This document shows, piece by piece, positions 17,501 through 25,700 of a stretch of 64,000 nt of DNA (within the stretch, counting starts at the first letter, position 1; every line of letters starts with the position of its first letter). The notes under the pieces are model-generated. The model ran no database searches. It saw only the letters and a program-made list of their open reading frames with translations, and was not told the origin of the DNA. Origin of the DNA: Minisyncoccota bacterium (GTDB lineage: Bacteria; Patescibacteriota; Minisyncoccia; Phycocordibacterales; PALSA-1337). A program made the translations under genes and the position numbers. The stretch spans positions 2,839-66,838 of the forward strand of contig DATDYB010000023.1 in assembly GCA_036517115.1 (NCBI GenBank). The letters run 5' to 3'.

Positions 17501-19185
17501 AAAAACCTGACGTATGTCCCAATATTGGAGGTACGCAAGCAACCGTACCAGTCGGTAAGATAAAAGACGCGGCGGGGAATTGTGTAGAGCCCCCTGTAGA
17601 TGCGTGTGTAAATATTCCTGACATTCAAAGCTCTGTTCCATCGGGAATGGTACGAGATACCAGTGATCGTTGTGATATCTGTCCTAACATTCCCGAAGCA
17701 CAGATCGAAATTCCGACAGGTATGAGCAAGGATGCGGCTGGCAATTGTGCCTTTCCATCAGTGAACGCCACCGTTTCCCTCGGCTCTTGTGCGCCGGCCA
17801 CTAACCTCACTCCCGCGAACGTTTCAATCGCTCCCGACAAAAAAGCAAAATTGGTCATCCGTACCGCATCTAACGTAATTTCTGAGCTTAGCTCGAATGG
17901 CCAAGTACATCTTCCGCCAGGATCGTATGCGTGGATAGCTACGCCTGAATCAGGCTATGTATTTTCTCCAAGCGTTCCAACTTCAGGCACGCTTACCGCG
18001 AGAGACTGCGCGCCTCCGCCGCCATGCACCTCAAACTGTATCCCTATTATTTCTATCGGTGACACGAGAATAACGGAAGGTAATACCGGCAAGACTAATG
18101 CATCGTTCACGGTCAGTCTATCGAGAGCTGCGACTGCAGCAGTGACTGCGACGTTTACCACCTCCAATGGCACTGCCACGCTAGCGGACAAGGATTATGA
18201 AGCGACTACCGGCTCAGTTTTTCTTGCTATCGGCGAACTCACTAAGACTATTGTTGTCCCGGTTATTGGTGACACTACTGTTGAGCCTGACGAGTCCTTT
18301 ACGGTGACACTCTCGAACCCAAACATCGTCACACTCGGTCGTTCTGTAGCTACGGGTACGATCGTAAACGACGACAGTAGTGGTACCAATGACTCCGATG
18401 TGTGTCCTAACATCGATGGAATCCAAACCTCTATTCCATCGGGAATGACTAAGGATGTGAACGGAAACTGCGTCGGGGGTGGTACAGGAGGATGCCCTCC
18501 GAATTGTCCCGGAGGCGGAACCCCAAGCATCTTCATTGATAATAGTTCCGCTGCAGAAGGTTTTCCAGTGACGTTCATTGTCCGACTCGACAAGGTTTCA
18601 TCACTTCCGGTAACTTTCGCTTACAAAACTACTGATGGTACTGCGAAGGGTGGACCGTCGACAGATAGTAGTAGAGATTACACGTATGTCCCTGTAAGCA
18701 GTGCTACTCTTACTATCCCCGCCAATGTTCTTTCAACTACTGTATCGGTGCCTACTAATGGCGACGATATTTATGAAGTTGATCCGCCTGAAACGTTTAG
18801 CGTCACGTTACTCAGTATTGGAGGCGCCACAATCGGGGATGCAGTGGCGACAGGAACAATCGGCGATGACGATGTGCAATCAGTAAGCTGTAATGTGTAT
18901 GGAAGCGCTGATGCCACCGCCTTGCCGATTACCACCACTTTCATCAACCGCAACACCTATTGGAGAGCGACGGCCACTCCGGCATCTCGGGCAAAGACCG
19001 TATCGTGGACGGGAGGGCCAACCACGGCGGATATCGTTACTGGAGGTGCGCTTAATGCCACCGCCAAATCCTACACAACAGCGGGGAACAAGACCTCCAC
19101 CATCACCGTGAACGGAAAAATCTGGAATAGTCCTAACCCTTGTCCGATACTTCGAGCCATCGATCCGTCGTATAATGAATTTTAA
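11515..19185 (+). CDS. giant secreted multidomain surface protein (2556 aa): 2x LamG-like, YD-like repeats, 2x transglutaminase-like cores, Cys-repeats, 2x Calx-beta, PKD-like C-terminal domain
   Basis: ORF 11506-19185. The likely start is the ATG at 11515 (MRFFFSVLFAILALFPSNNVFA/AAE signal peptide). Domain motifs are given in the findings. TATAAT at 11501-11506 lies 8 nt before the ATG. Confidence 0.85.
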   Translation: MRFFFSVLFAILALFPSNNVFAAAETLFLVGFDGTFQDFSKNDSRYINNNFFIDDDFLKDNVLDGRKEYTKFGEGSLRVYGWQDGTKEGKFHETKISFLPKEDIDVGTSEFTIDFWVYPFVDITTDKNTGKFFELLNTRKNTSSLYPNSNLTIWRDKDAGRGSNKPYLLFTEDKFSADGTAVAEELLKAQAGDDVIRGQWNHVAVQRKNTATDSKFTVAVNGKIGPATSKPLSFKIPPMNRAIFSKLSNVVYGFLDEVRVVKGEALWAGGEAGKTFDITSITSAITPAMKGRARPFTPSSKILPEDVPPSFVIPFDDSLVASQGGTVAPVDPKVSSPAIVKDVDTQVGKGSAFFAGEKNGLVYTASGNEVDLGNGNFTIDFWVLPELLSSGTAGESLQLFSLKDSSNKTFLLQRYNFTGDTKTLLFGPVIDAFSNPKNARGADVSPTGVSPWWLDIEARRWNHVVVQKDGPYLRLMINGVVGGAAYSVPFTGKTTLTIGGVAAASTVGGKVYPFKGYIDHFRITKAALWPGVTRGDKIEYLAPKGGEPVIIERPVEIDPYANRSEVPGKEGIPTFPNLSSTETSEERDLPERAIAQELLIQNLDGSRDYTNYYDDRSVLVKSVFWAENTGDKKLKTLEYDASGELYKETHFGPKGAIADTYFYYSAADGGSLHKEILRRGDKELYTRFTPQGKIAYAHEVKGGKYVYSKHINYDQKGKVQDDLIIYGPDQFEKNVYVASEQTGQVREIRNYTKTPVSADGAPYAYTATLLENEKVLSKKTLYADSNFNVRKMVLSSFDASGKHLTIERTFDYINNLQHYLEYHTKGEKIIGKKASEYTWNISDGAYRSKTTYDYKGLAGTFEAKNKKIAGSGQLLHYVNDDEAVDTDTTFTYQTIGGVVSWKDKTTKKYDKDGKLIKVTVTVFKEKPEPTEDSITAYDGDSNKLSLTRFNNGARISTEFYDSFGNIFFKNKYQNDVSGGYTVKSYYVLGANEIPAGENTYTADGSLASDLKKDELAMKNYGDALLVSLGVSKSGLTASNEKAKLLEVSKKIIGAYKETLTNSSVAGSKQKKYRIYADFVNKLTAGVFAIEHAVWGADPGKSLVNDHQLEYTAKPWTGVDAASGQEFFGIYIMPGRVSPESPDAVFIDMDINNPAVLTTVLGASSYDALKSISKKKEKWDSLSVLPSTVYGSTGTTLYRYNLRANNGTGAYLSLKELTKADPTINLLLDRMQKDLGASLSPTLSDEEVIKIFYEYFFETNLFQYIHDLGDVSQTVNETLTRGGGDCEDFGIFAASLLHNLFLRLDRGDAAARVGLGLVHVDAFGKISSKNAGAGHGSLMFKAKNGSHYYIEASYLFTGSAGSYEFNRDKILTVLAPGIGGAGAKTGKVEVVPNGWYVEALTFNPIEGVTEAFAASQLFSVNKIAPSPVGKSAAEKISSLPTYIEPYNRKVNALADSIVRYIPRFKDKTPEYLAEYVNMVMKEYSVYRADGRGDTWARVDVTLSSLDGIRGDCEDLAFVEASLLQNILTKYYMSRGDLLVNAMIRAQDHVMVIAQNNYGGVTGKAHLLVGFVSPRADSDLTTVRLMDPQTGVMEASRPFSMLFTDQYLFFANTDKITTITYYDWSTLNLSASVKQSGEGKKKTEKVKPVPAETGEVFTDAEIDAAAASIQKKQNEGGTFTAKEKAIFDYMKEVLEYEQRLDDIGGEIDGFESINDKAEVFIKKSLDTIDADVAKIAEKVEQGKTSEITASDGAALVGAQNKAQAGKSVLHDSSLFAGLEGGDGSQPFPPIDLNGDYVIFDLEPSQPIDLIHPALDPSAWGSDFTPAAPVPRSEVALPGSAPDGPPPGFRVDTRISDSKLTPDPIVSPQQSFVSAVAKVYYVWQIPPTPIFAGPAISNNMLSTINPLNGQITFSTPVIPTGLLNNSCPNGNTVTKLCSDIPASARVTVKPENSYFVGRDTCASSVNICSDDTTFNTGWQCNPGFIPARGKCIKIDIEIEKPDVCPNIGGTQATVPVGKIKDAAGNCVEPPVDACVNIPDIQSSVPSGMVRDTSDRCDICPNIPEAQIEIPTGMSKDAAGNCAFPSVNATVSLGSCAPATNLTPANVSIAPDKKAKLVIRTASNVISELSSNGQVHLPPGSYAWIATPESGYVFSPSVPTSGTLTARDCAPPPPCTSNCIPIISIGDTRITEGNTGKTNASFTVSLSRAATAAVTATFTTSNGTATLADKDYEATTGSVFLAIGELTKTIVVPVIGDTTVEPDESFTVTLSNPNIVTLGRSVATGTIVNDDSSGTNDSDVCPNIDGIQTSIPSGMTKDVNGNCVGGGTGGCPPNCPGGGTPSIFIDNSSAAEGFPVTFIVRLDKVSSLPVTFAYKTTDGTAKGGPSTDSSRDYTYVPVSSATLTIPANVLSTTVSVPTNGDDIYEVDPPETFSVTLLSIGGATIGDAVATGTIGDDDVQSVSCNVYGSADATALPITTTFINRNTYWRATATPASRAKTVSWTGGPTTADIVTGGALNATAKSYTTAGNKTSTITVNGKIWNSPNPCPILRAIDPSYNEF
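19159..19182 (+). other. C-terminal tail IDPSYNEF-stop (shared tail motif, copy 1)
   Basis: The last 8 codons of the 2556-aa protein. Confidence 0.7.
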
Positions 19186-19199
19186 TTTCGCAAAATTAT

Positions 19200-19532
19200 A
19201 TGAACAAAGCAGCACCATATCTCTTCATACTCTTGGTAATCGGCCTAGTTTCCTATGTCATCGTCGATGAGCAACAAAAGAACACGGTGCAAGGCGAACG
19301 TGCACTCTCGGAATCCTCGATGCGCGGTATTGGTGAAACGCAGGGAGCGCTTGATGCTCTTGCGGATGGTGGGGCGACCAGGGTAGCAGACGATATTAAA
19401 AATATCGATGCGAAAAAAGCTGAAGCCGCGAACATAGATACGCAAGCCACCATTGACCGTCAGGAAAAAGCTGAGAGACTGAGCGAACAGGAGACAATGC
19501 CTGGGAGTGTCGGTGAGTTTAATCCACGATAA
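19200..19532 (+). CDS. small single-pass membrane protein (110 aa)
   Basis: MNKAAPYLFILLVIGLVSYVIV is a TM segment, followed by an acidic/Ala-rich tail. It starts 14 nt after the giant gene. Confidence 0.5.
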   Translation: MNKAAPYLFILLVIGLVSYVIVDEQQKNTVQGERALSESSMRGIGETQGALDALADGGATRVADDIKNIDAKKAEAANIDTQATIDRQEKAERLSEQETMPGSVGEFNPR

Positions 19533-19620
19533 TAGATTACGTTCGTTTCTTGTCAGTGGGTGACGAGGTGTATACTTATTACGACGAGCGAGGATATCGC
19601 GGCTGCATGCTGATGCAGAC

Positions 19621-22182
19621 ATGATATCCGAGCGATGTCGTATCAAAAGGATGAATCCTTTTATTATTATGAAATTACCCTCAAAATTTTTCGTAGTGGT
19701 TTTGGTCGCCTTATTGTTCTTTGTTGCTACCAACTCCCTCTACGCATTCACAGAACTTAATCCTATTACTCCTGCTAATCATGGCGGATCATCGCACTAT
19801 TTGATAACTGGCGAGGGTACGAATGCTGACTGTAATCAAAAAGGAGATGCGATAGCGAGAGATTTCTGTGTTATCACGGGAGCAACCTCGGTGCATACTC
19901 CAGCTGATATCGTATCTGGCGGAACATTTTATATTGAAGGAAGCTTGAATACGCGAGTCCGTGAGGGTATTTTAAGTAATGTCGACAGACCTTACACGGT
20001 ATACGCCACTTTTCAGGGAACATCTATCAACGTTGGGAAATATTTGTATGGAATAATTCCAAGTTCAGGTAATAACATCACTGGCCCTTATAAAATCGGG
20101 CCATTTGTGGCCCCGCTCACGGCTGGGAAGTATAAAGTATCGTTAGATTTTGTTACCCTCTCTCCAGGTACTCAATTTACTGAGTATCTTCGTGGATATC
20201 ATGAAGTAAACGTCGTCGCGCCAACATTTAATAATGATCCACTACGAGTAACAGCCCAAACATCACCAATGTGCGGGGGAATGATCAATCTTTCATGGGA
20301 CAAAGCTACTGCTTCAAATTCTAACAACGCCGTAGGGTATAGTGTGTATCGCTTTAGCAAAGATCCCTACGCCGGTGAGCCGTATGAATACTCGGTCATT
20401 AAAATTCGGAATGTAAACACAACCACCTATATCGACAGCGGCCTTCAGCCGAAGGCGCGCTACTGGTATTTCGTGTTTCCTGCTACCGCAGATGAGCTTG
20501 CGAAGGAGAGTGTTAATGCCGCTGCGACACTGCTTGCTCAGGGTCAGGCTCCCGCGCGGGGATACACTAACCCTAATGCGGTGTTTAGGAATCTCGGAAC
20601 ACCCACTCCTATTATCGATCCTTCAACTGCCCTCGCTTCAGCAGCGTGTCCGCCTGTAGTAGAAGCCCCGGACCTTACTGCTATTACTCCGACCATCGAT
20701 GTGGGTCGAAGTACCCTGGCTGTCGACAGTGCGACTAACAGCTATGTATTTGGATCAACCATCGCTCTTCGCGGCGTTATTCATAATGATGCTGTAGCCG
20801 ATATTACCCAGTCGTTCAATAATCTTTATCAAATCAGTACTGACAATTTTGCTCCACAAGGTGACGCTGTCGCCCTTTCTCCGACTCGGAATAGGGTAGG
20901 CTTTACCAACAAGGGGGCGCATGCACTTCTCAACATATCAAAAAATACCAGCAAAGAAGTCAGTCTCTTAAGTTTTGTTCCCACAAAAACCGGCCTGTAC
21001 TTTATCCGTCTCTGTGCGGACTTGCCGGACTACGACTATGGATCTGTCGCTGAATCCAATGAAAATAACAACTGCTCGGCGAGCCTACAGATCTTTATCG
21101 TAAGCCCCGATCTCACCGTTCTCTCTGCACCGGTAGTGAGTGGTAGCGTTCTTGCTACAGGAGGCTTTGACACCACGAAGCCTCTAACCCTTAGAGGTAC
21201 CATCACCAACCAAAGCCCGGTGTCTGTTACGCGTACTTTTCCTAATCTCTACCAGTATTCTATTGACCGGGTCCACTATGAAGATTTTACCGCTACATCG
21301 TTGCCTCAGCTTGCGGCGTTTGCGACCGGAAACTTGCAGCCTTACACGTGGAATCCCACGGTTGGTGACACAAAAACCTATTATATTCGCCTTTGTGCCG
21401 ACATGTCGGGACTTTCCAAGGGTCTCGTGGGAGCTGTTGTCGACGAATCCAATGAAAACAACAACTGCTCGAGCGATGCGGCAGTTAGTTTAGGGGTGCC
21501 ACCGCCAGTGTTGTCGACGGCGCTTGAACTTAAAGTCAGAAAAGAGGGCACAGCTCTTGTCGACGCGCGATATTCGCTTACCATTCCTGAAAACAGTAAA
21601 GCGGTGCTCTCGTGGGAATCGAGCAATACTCTGGGAGGGAATTCTTGCGATGCCCTTGGTTCATGGACCGGTAAAAAGACAAATGCTTCGACGGGAGATA
21701 GTGTCGGTCCCTTAGCCAAGGGTTCCTACAAGTATCAAGTGCGTTGTGGTAGCGCCATTCCAGGGGATATTGCAATGGTAACTAGCAATGAAGTAACGGT
21801 AGAAGTAACGGCAGGGGAGACGATCTGTATCGTAAATTGTGACGGACAGACTTTTGTTCCGCCAGGTACGCCAGGTCGCCCTGTCACACCTCCAGGCACA
21901 CCAGTGACACCTCCACCACCGTTTTCGCCATCAATCTATAGCTGTGCCCCTTCAAAAACCGCAGTGAAAGTTGGAGAATCTGTGACGTGGACAGTAATAG
22001 GAGGAGGAACCACGTTCATATGGACTGGATCCAATATCACCGGCAAAACGGGAAACCCGATATCGGTGGCATACCCTGGGCTAAGTACCAAAACTGCCGA
22101 GGTTCTGGTGGATAATAGGTGGAGGGTGGTGTGTAGTCCGAATGTTACCGTTACGATCGATCCGACTTTTAAAGAAATTTAA
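19621..22182 (+). CDS. secreted surface protein (about 840-853 aa): FN3-like, 2x CARDB-like, Ig-like, PKD-like C-terminal domain
   Basis: The start is ambiguous (ATG at 19621, 19651 or 19669). The signal peptide is KLPSKFFVVVLVALLFFVATNSLYA/FTE. The CARDB signature YFIRLCADLPDYDYGSVAESNENNNC occurs, with a second copy YYIRLCADMSG...VDESNENNNC. Confidence 0.8.
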   Translation: MISERCRIKRMNPFIIMKLPSKFFVVVLVALLFFVATNSLYAFTELNPITPANHGGSSHYLITGEGTNADCNQKGDAIARDFCVITGATSVHTPADIVSGGTFYIEGSLNTRVREGILSNVDRPYTVYATFQGTSINVGKYLYGIIPSSGNNITGPYKIGPFVAPLTAGKYKVSLDFVTLSPGTQFTEYLRGYHEVNVVAPTFNNDPLRVTAQTSPMCGGMINLSWDKATASNSNNAVGYSVYRFSKDPYAGEPYEYSVIKIRNVNTTTYIDSGLQPKARYWYFVFPATADELAKESVNAAATLLAQGQAPARGYTNPNAVFRNLGTPTPIIDPSTALASAACPPVVEAPDLTAITPTIDVGRSTLAVDSATNSYVFGSTIALRGVIHNDAVADITQSFNNLYQISTDNFAPQGDAVALSPTRNRVGFTNKGAHALLNISKNTSKEVSLLSFVPTKTGLYFIRLCADLPDYDYGSVAESNENNNCSASLQIFIVSPDLTVLSAPVVSGSVLATGGFDTTKPLTLRGTITNQSPVSVTRTFPNLYQYSIDRVHYEDFTATSLPQLAAFATGNLQPYTWNPTVGDTKTYYIRLCADMSGLSKGLVGAVVDESNENNNCSSDAAVSLGVPPPVLSTALELKVRKEGTALVDARYSLTIPENSKAVLSWESSNTLGGNSCDALGSWTGKKTNASTGDSVGPLAKGSYKYQVRCGSAIPGDIAMVTSNEVTVEVTAGETICIVNCDGQTFVPPGTPGRPVTPPGTPVTPPPPFSPSIYSCAPSKTAVKVGESVTWTVIGGGTTFIWTGSNITGKTGNPISVAYPGLSTKTAEVLVDNRWRVVCSPNVTVTIDPTFKEI
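22156..22179 (+). other. C-terminal tail IDPTFKEI-stop (shared tail motif, copy 2)
   Basis: The last 8 codons of the 853-aa protein. Confidence 0.7.
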
Positions 22183-22204
22183 GGATATTCAGACATCTCT
22201 CTTT

Positions 22205-22334
22205 ACCGCATAATTAAGCGTAACCACTACCCAAAAAAGAGACTACGCAGCGCGGCCGGCGCGGAGTCCAAGGAAATTTTTCACCAGAAAAATTATCCGG
22301 TCTCTTTTTTGGGTAGTGGCGGAGCTTATGCGGT
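22205..22334. repeat. 130-nt compound hairpin with a perfect 20-bp inverted repeat
   Basis: ccactacccaaaaaagagac (22224-22243) pairs with gtctcttttttgggtagtgg (22300-22319). An outer 9-bp stem joins accgcataa (22205-22213) to ttatgcggt (22326-22334). An inner hairpin aatttttc-acca-gaaaaatt lies at 22275-22294. Confidence 0.6.
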
Positions 22335-22401
22335 GAGTGGCATCCGTGGATATCAACAGTCAAATAGCCTCAATGCATTGTATACTGTATACAATCTGTG
22401 T

Positions 22402-22773
22402 ATGAAAAAGTCGCATGTAACTCTTGCTATCGTTGTGGTTGTGATGTTAGTCGCTGTATTTGTGTGGAAAAAAAACGAAGAGAGGCAAGCGCTCATTCTA
22501 TCCAACCCTCCGGTTGAGCAACTTCTTTTTATCAAAAAAATTGGTGGAGAATTTACGTTGGAGCAAAAGCAAACAATTGAGGAATTTAAAGCTAAGCTTT
22601 TGGTGCGGGCGGGGCTTGGAGTAACACTCACCGAGAATGAAAAAGGGATTTTTACCGCGGTCATGTTTGACCAGGCGGCGGTTTTCCCGAACGGCGGAAC
22701 AGTGGTGAACCAATCGGTCTTGAAATTTAGCACGGAAGAAATTGACCTCATTTCCAGTGCGCTTAAAAAGTAA
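22402..22773 (+). CDS. small single-pass membrane protein (123 aa)
   Basis: The ATG at 22402 (MKKSHVTLAIVVVVMLVAVFVWKK) lies within ORF 22309-22773. Its stop codon directly abuts the ATG of the 4010-aa gene (taaATG). Confidence 0.5.
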   Translation: MKKSHVTLAIVVVVMLVAVFVWKKNEERQALILSNPPVEQLLFIKKIGGEFTLEQKQTIEEFKAKLLVRAGLGVTLTENEKGIFTAVMFDQAAVFPNGGTVVNQSVLKFSTEEIDLISSALKK

Positions 22774-25700
22774 ATGATTTATCATAGAGAAACAATAACT
22801 GGTTCAATGGGGAAAAAGGTTAGAATCGAGCGTCTTTGTGTCTACATAGTTGCAGTTTTATCGCTGTTCTCCTTTTTCTTTGCGTCCAATGCGGTCGAAG
22901 CTTATGTGCCCGGCGATACTATTACCCACGGCACCTCCCATTCATACAACAACTCGACCTACAGTATATATGGGTCATATTATGTGGGAGTCGCTATACA
23001 CAAGAACGGGTCGGTTTGCGACCAACAATATGGAAACGTATACGGGTCGAACGCGAACCCGCCGGGTCCCGCTTCGATTTCCGCGTCATGTTCTCAAGTC
23101 GCAGGTCCCGTCGGTACCACGTACACGTTTAAAAATTTTCTGCTCTTCAACGGGAGCTGGTCGTCAACAGGCGAGACCACATATACCGTTGTAGCCCCGA
23201 CCTGTACCACTTTCACCTACTCGGGTTGGGGGGCGTGTCAGTCAGACAACACACAGACAAGAACAGTAACCGGGAGCTCTCCTGCAGGTTGCACCGGCGG
23301 GTCTCCGGTAACCTCACAATCCTGTACATTTTCTGCGCCGGCATGCAACTACACCTATTCAAATTGGGGAGCCTGCCAACCCAATGGTACGCAGACACGA
23401 ACAGTAAATTCTACATCCCCGTCGGGATGTGCAGGGACACCCGCAACATCCCAGTCTTGTACGTATGTTGCGGCGGTCGCATCCGCAGGCCTTTCTCTCG
23501 CCACGCCCTCCTCAATGCCTGTGCCATACAACTCGGCTGCGACACTCGCTGTTTCGTCTCAAAACGCATCCAACTGTAATTTGTCCGGCGGAGGACAGAC
23601 ATGGAGTAATGTCACAGGAAATGTCGGTGCAGGAAACGTGGGGGTGGGTAACCTCACCACGGACACAGCATTTTCTGTCAACTGTACCCCTAATGCTAAT
23701 ACTACGGGTACACCATCGAATAGTCTTACGGTTACTGTCGCTGCGCAGGTGATTAATTACACTATTTCTTCCGCCGCAGGTACTGGAGGCACGCGGTCGT
23801 GTACCGGTTGTGGAACTGTATCCTCAGGGTCTCAAGTCAGCGTGACTGCCTCGCCTAACACCAACTATCAATTTTCAAGCTGGAGTTGGTCGGGTACGAA
23901 TAACCCTTGTTCCTCTGCTGGGAGCACCTGTACATGGAATGCGGCGCAAAGCGGCACACTTACCGCAAACTTTACGGCAGTGCCTTCTTTTGGCACCCCC
24001 TCATTTTCATCGGTATGTAACAACCAGGTTACTCCCAATGACTGCTCCACTCCGATCATCGACGGATCAACGGTAACCTACTCAGGTTCGGTCACCAACT
24101 CTGGAGGGGCGGCGGGAACATGGAATGGAACCGTTGAGGTAAGGGATGGTAACAGCGGCACTGTCTACACCAACTGGATTTCGGGAGTCTCTGCCACAGT
24201 TGCGGCTAACACCACAGCAACGTTAAGTGGTACACATAGCAACGATGCTACATTCGGCGCTGGGCCTTGGCAATTTAGATTTTGTCAGAGCGGTGGTAGT
24301 TGTTCTCCATGGAGCGGTAACTATTATTTCACCAAGGGATACAGCATCAGTACCACCGCATCTCCGAGTGCGGGTGGGTCAATAGCCTGTTCGGTAGGGG
24401 GAACTACGGTGCCCTGCAGCAACACTTTTCAATCAGGGACAGAGGTGGCACTCACCGCTTCTACCGCGGCTAACTACCAGTTTTCAAACTGGTCAGGTGA
24501 TTGTTCAGGATCGTCTTGTTTGCTTACCATGAACGGGAATAGGAGTGTTACTGCAAATTTCAGCAGTTTTAACTACAGGATCGATCCTCCTGCTGCGCAG
24601 ACTATCACCCAAGGAAAGACGATCTATGTTTATGTACCTACAACATTAACAGGGGGAAACACCGAGGGAGTTACTCTCACACTCTCAAATCTTCAAAATG
24701 GTGTTAGTTATACTGTGGATCCTGTCGGCGCTCTTAACCCGTCGGTGACCAGAGTTTTTGCAATTACGGCCGCTGGAAATGCCACCGTCGAGACAAGAAC
24801 TGTTACGATAACCGGCAGTCCTCTCGGTAGAACCACGACATTCAGTCTTAGTGTGTTAGCGCCGACGGTGAGTGCGACACTTACCGCGAGAAATGCTGCC
24901 GGTACAGCGGTCACTGCCGCGCAAACAGGCGAGACCCTGAACTTCACAACCTCGGTTTTGGGAACGGCTGGAGGGACCGCCACGTACTCAGGACACACCT
25001 GTGGTTCAGGAGCCAATTTATTTAATGTAAGCGACGGTTCATTTTCGTGCACCTATACCAGCGCTAGCAACAAGACTGCAAGCATAACAGTCACGAAACA
25101 AGGGGTATCTGCTACTGCTACCAAAGTTATTTCCGTGACGGCACCACCAAACACACTCATTATTCAGAGTGTTGTTATTGATGGAGCAGTAATAACACCG
25201 ACAACCGGAGCAAGTATGGAGATGTACGACGGTACGTATAACGGAATATATCCAACGGAAAAAACGTTCACGAGTACCACCGGCACCATCACCAACACCA
25301 TTCAAGCTCCCTCAAAATTGAACGGAAACTCCTTTCTTTCTTGGTCAGGGTGTGACAGCACTCGATCGAGACAGCGATGTGACGTGACAGTCGCTAATGG
25401 CGCGACTAAGACTATCAACGCGCAGTATGTCACCGCCTCCTATTATCGTCCGAACTTCACGGTAAGCGGTGTAGTAGTGAATGGTGATAAATACAAGGGA
25501 ACTTCGACATATGTAGACTATACCATCAACGACCATAACGTGACGATTGTTGGTACGATCACCAACTCAGGTTCGACTGAGGCTCCTGATCAAGCGGCAT
25601 ATGTATCATTTGAATATAGCACCAATGGTGGAGCAAGTTATACTGCCATGGGCGCAGCGTATCCAGCGATAAAGGAGCAAGGTGGCTCAACGATTCCTGC

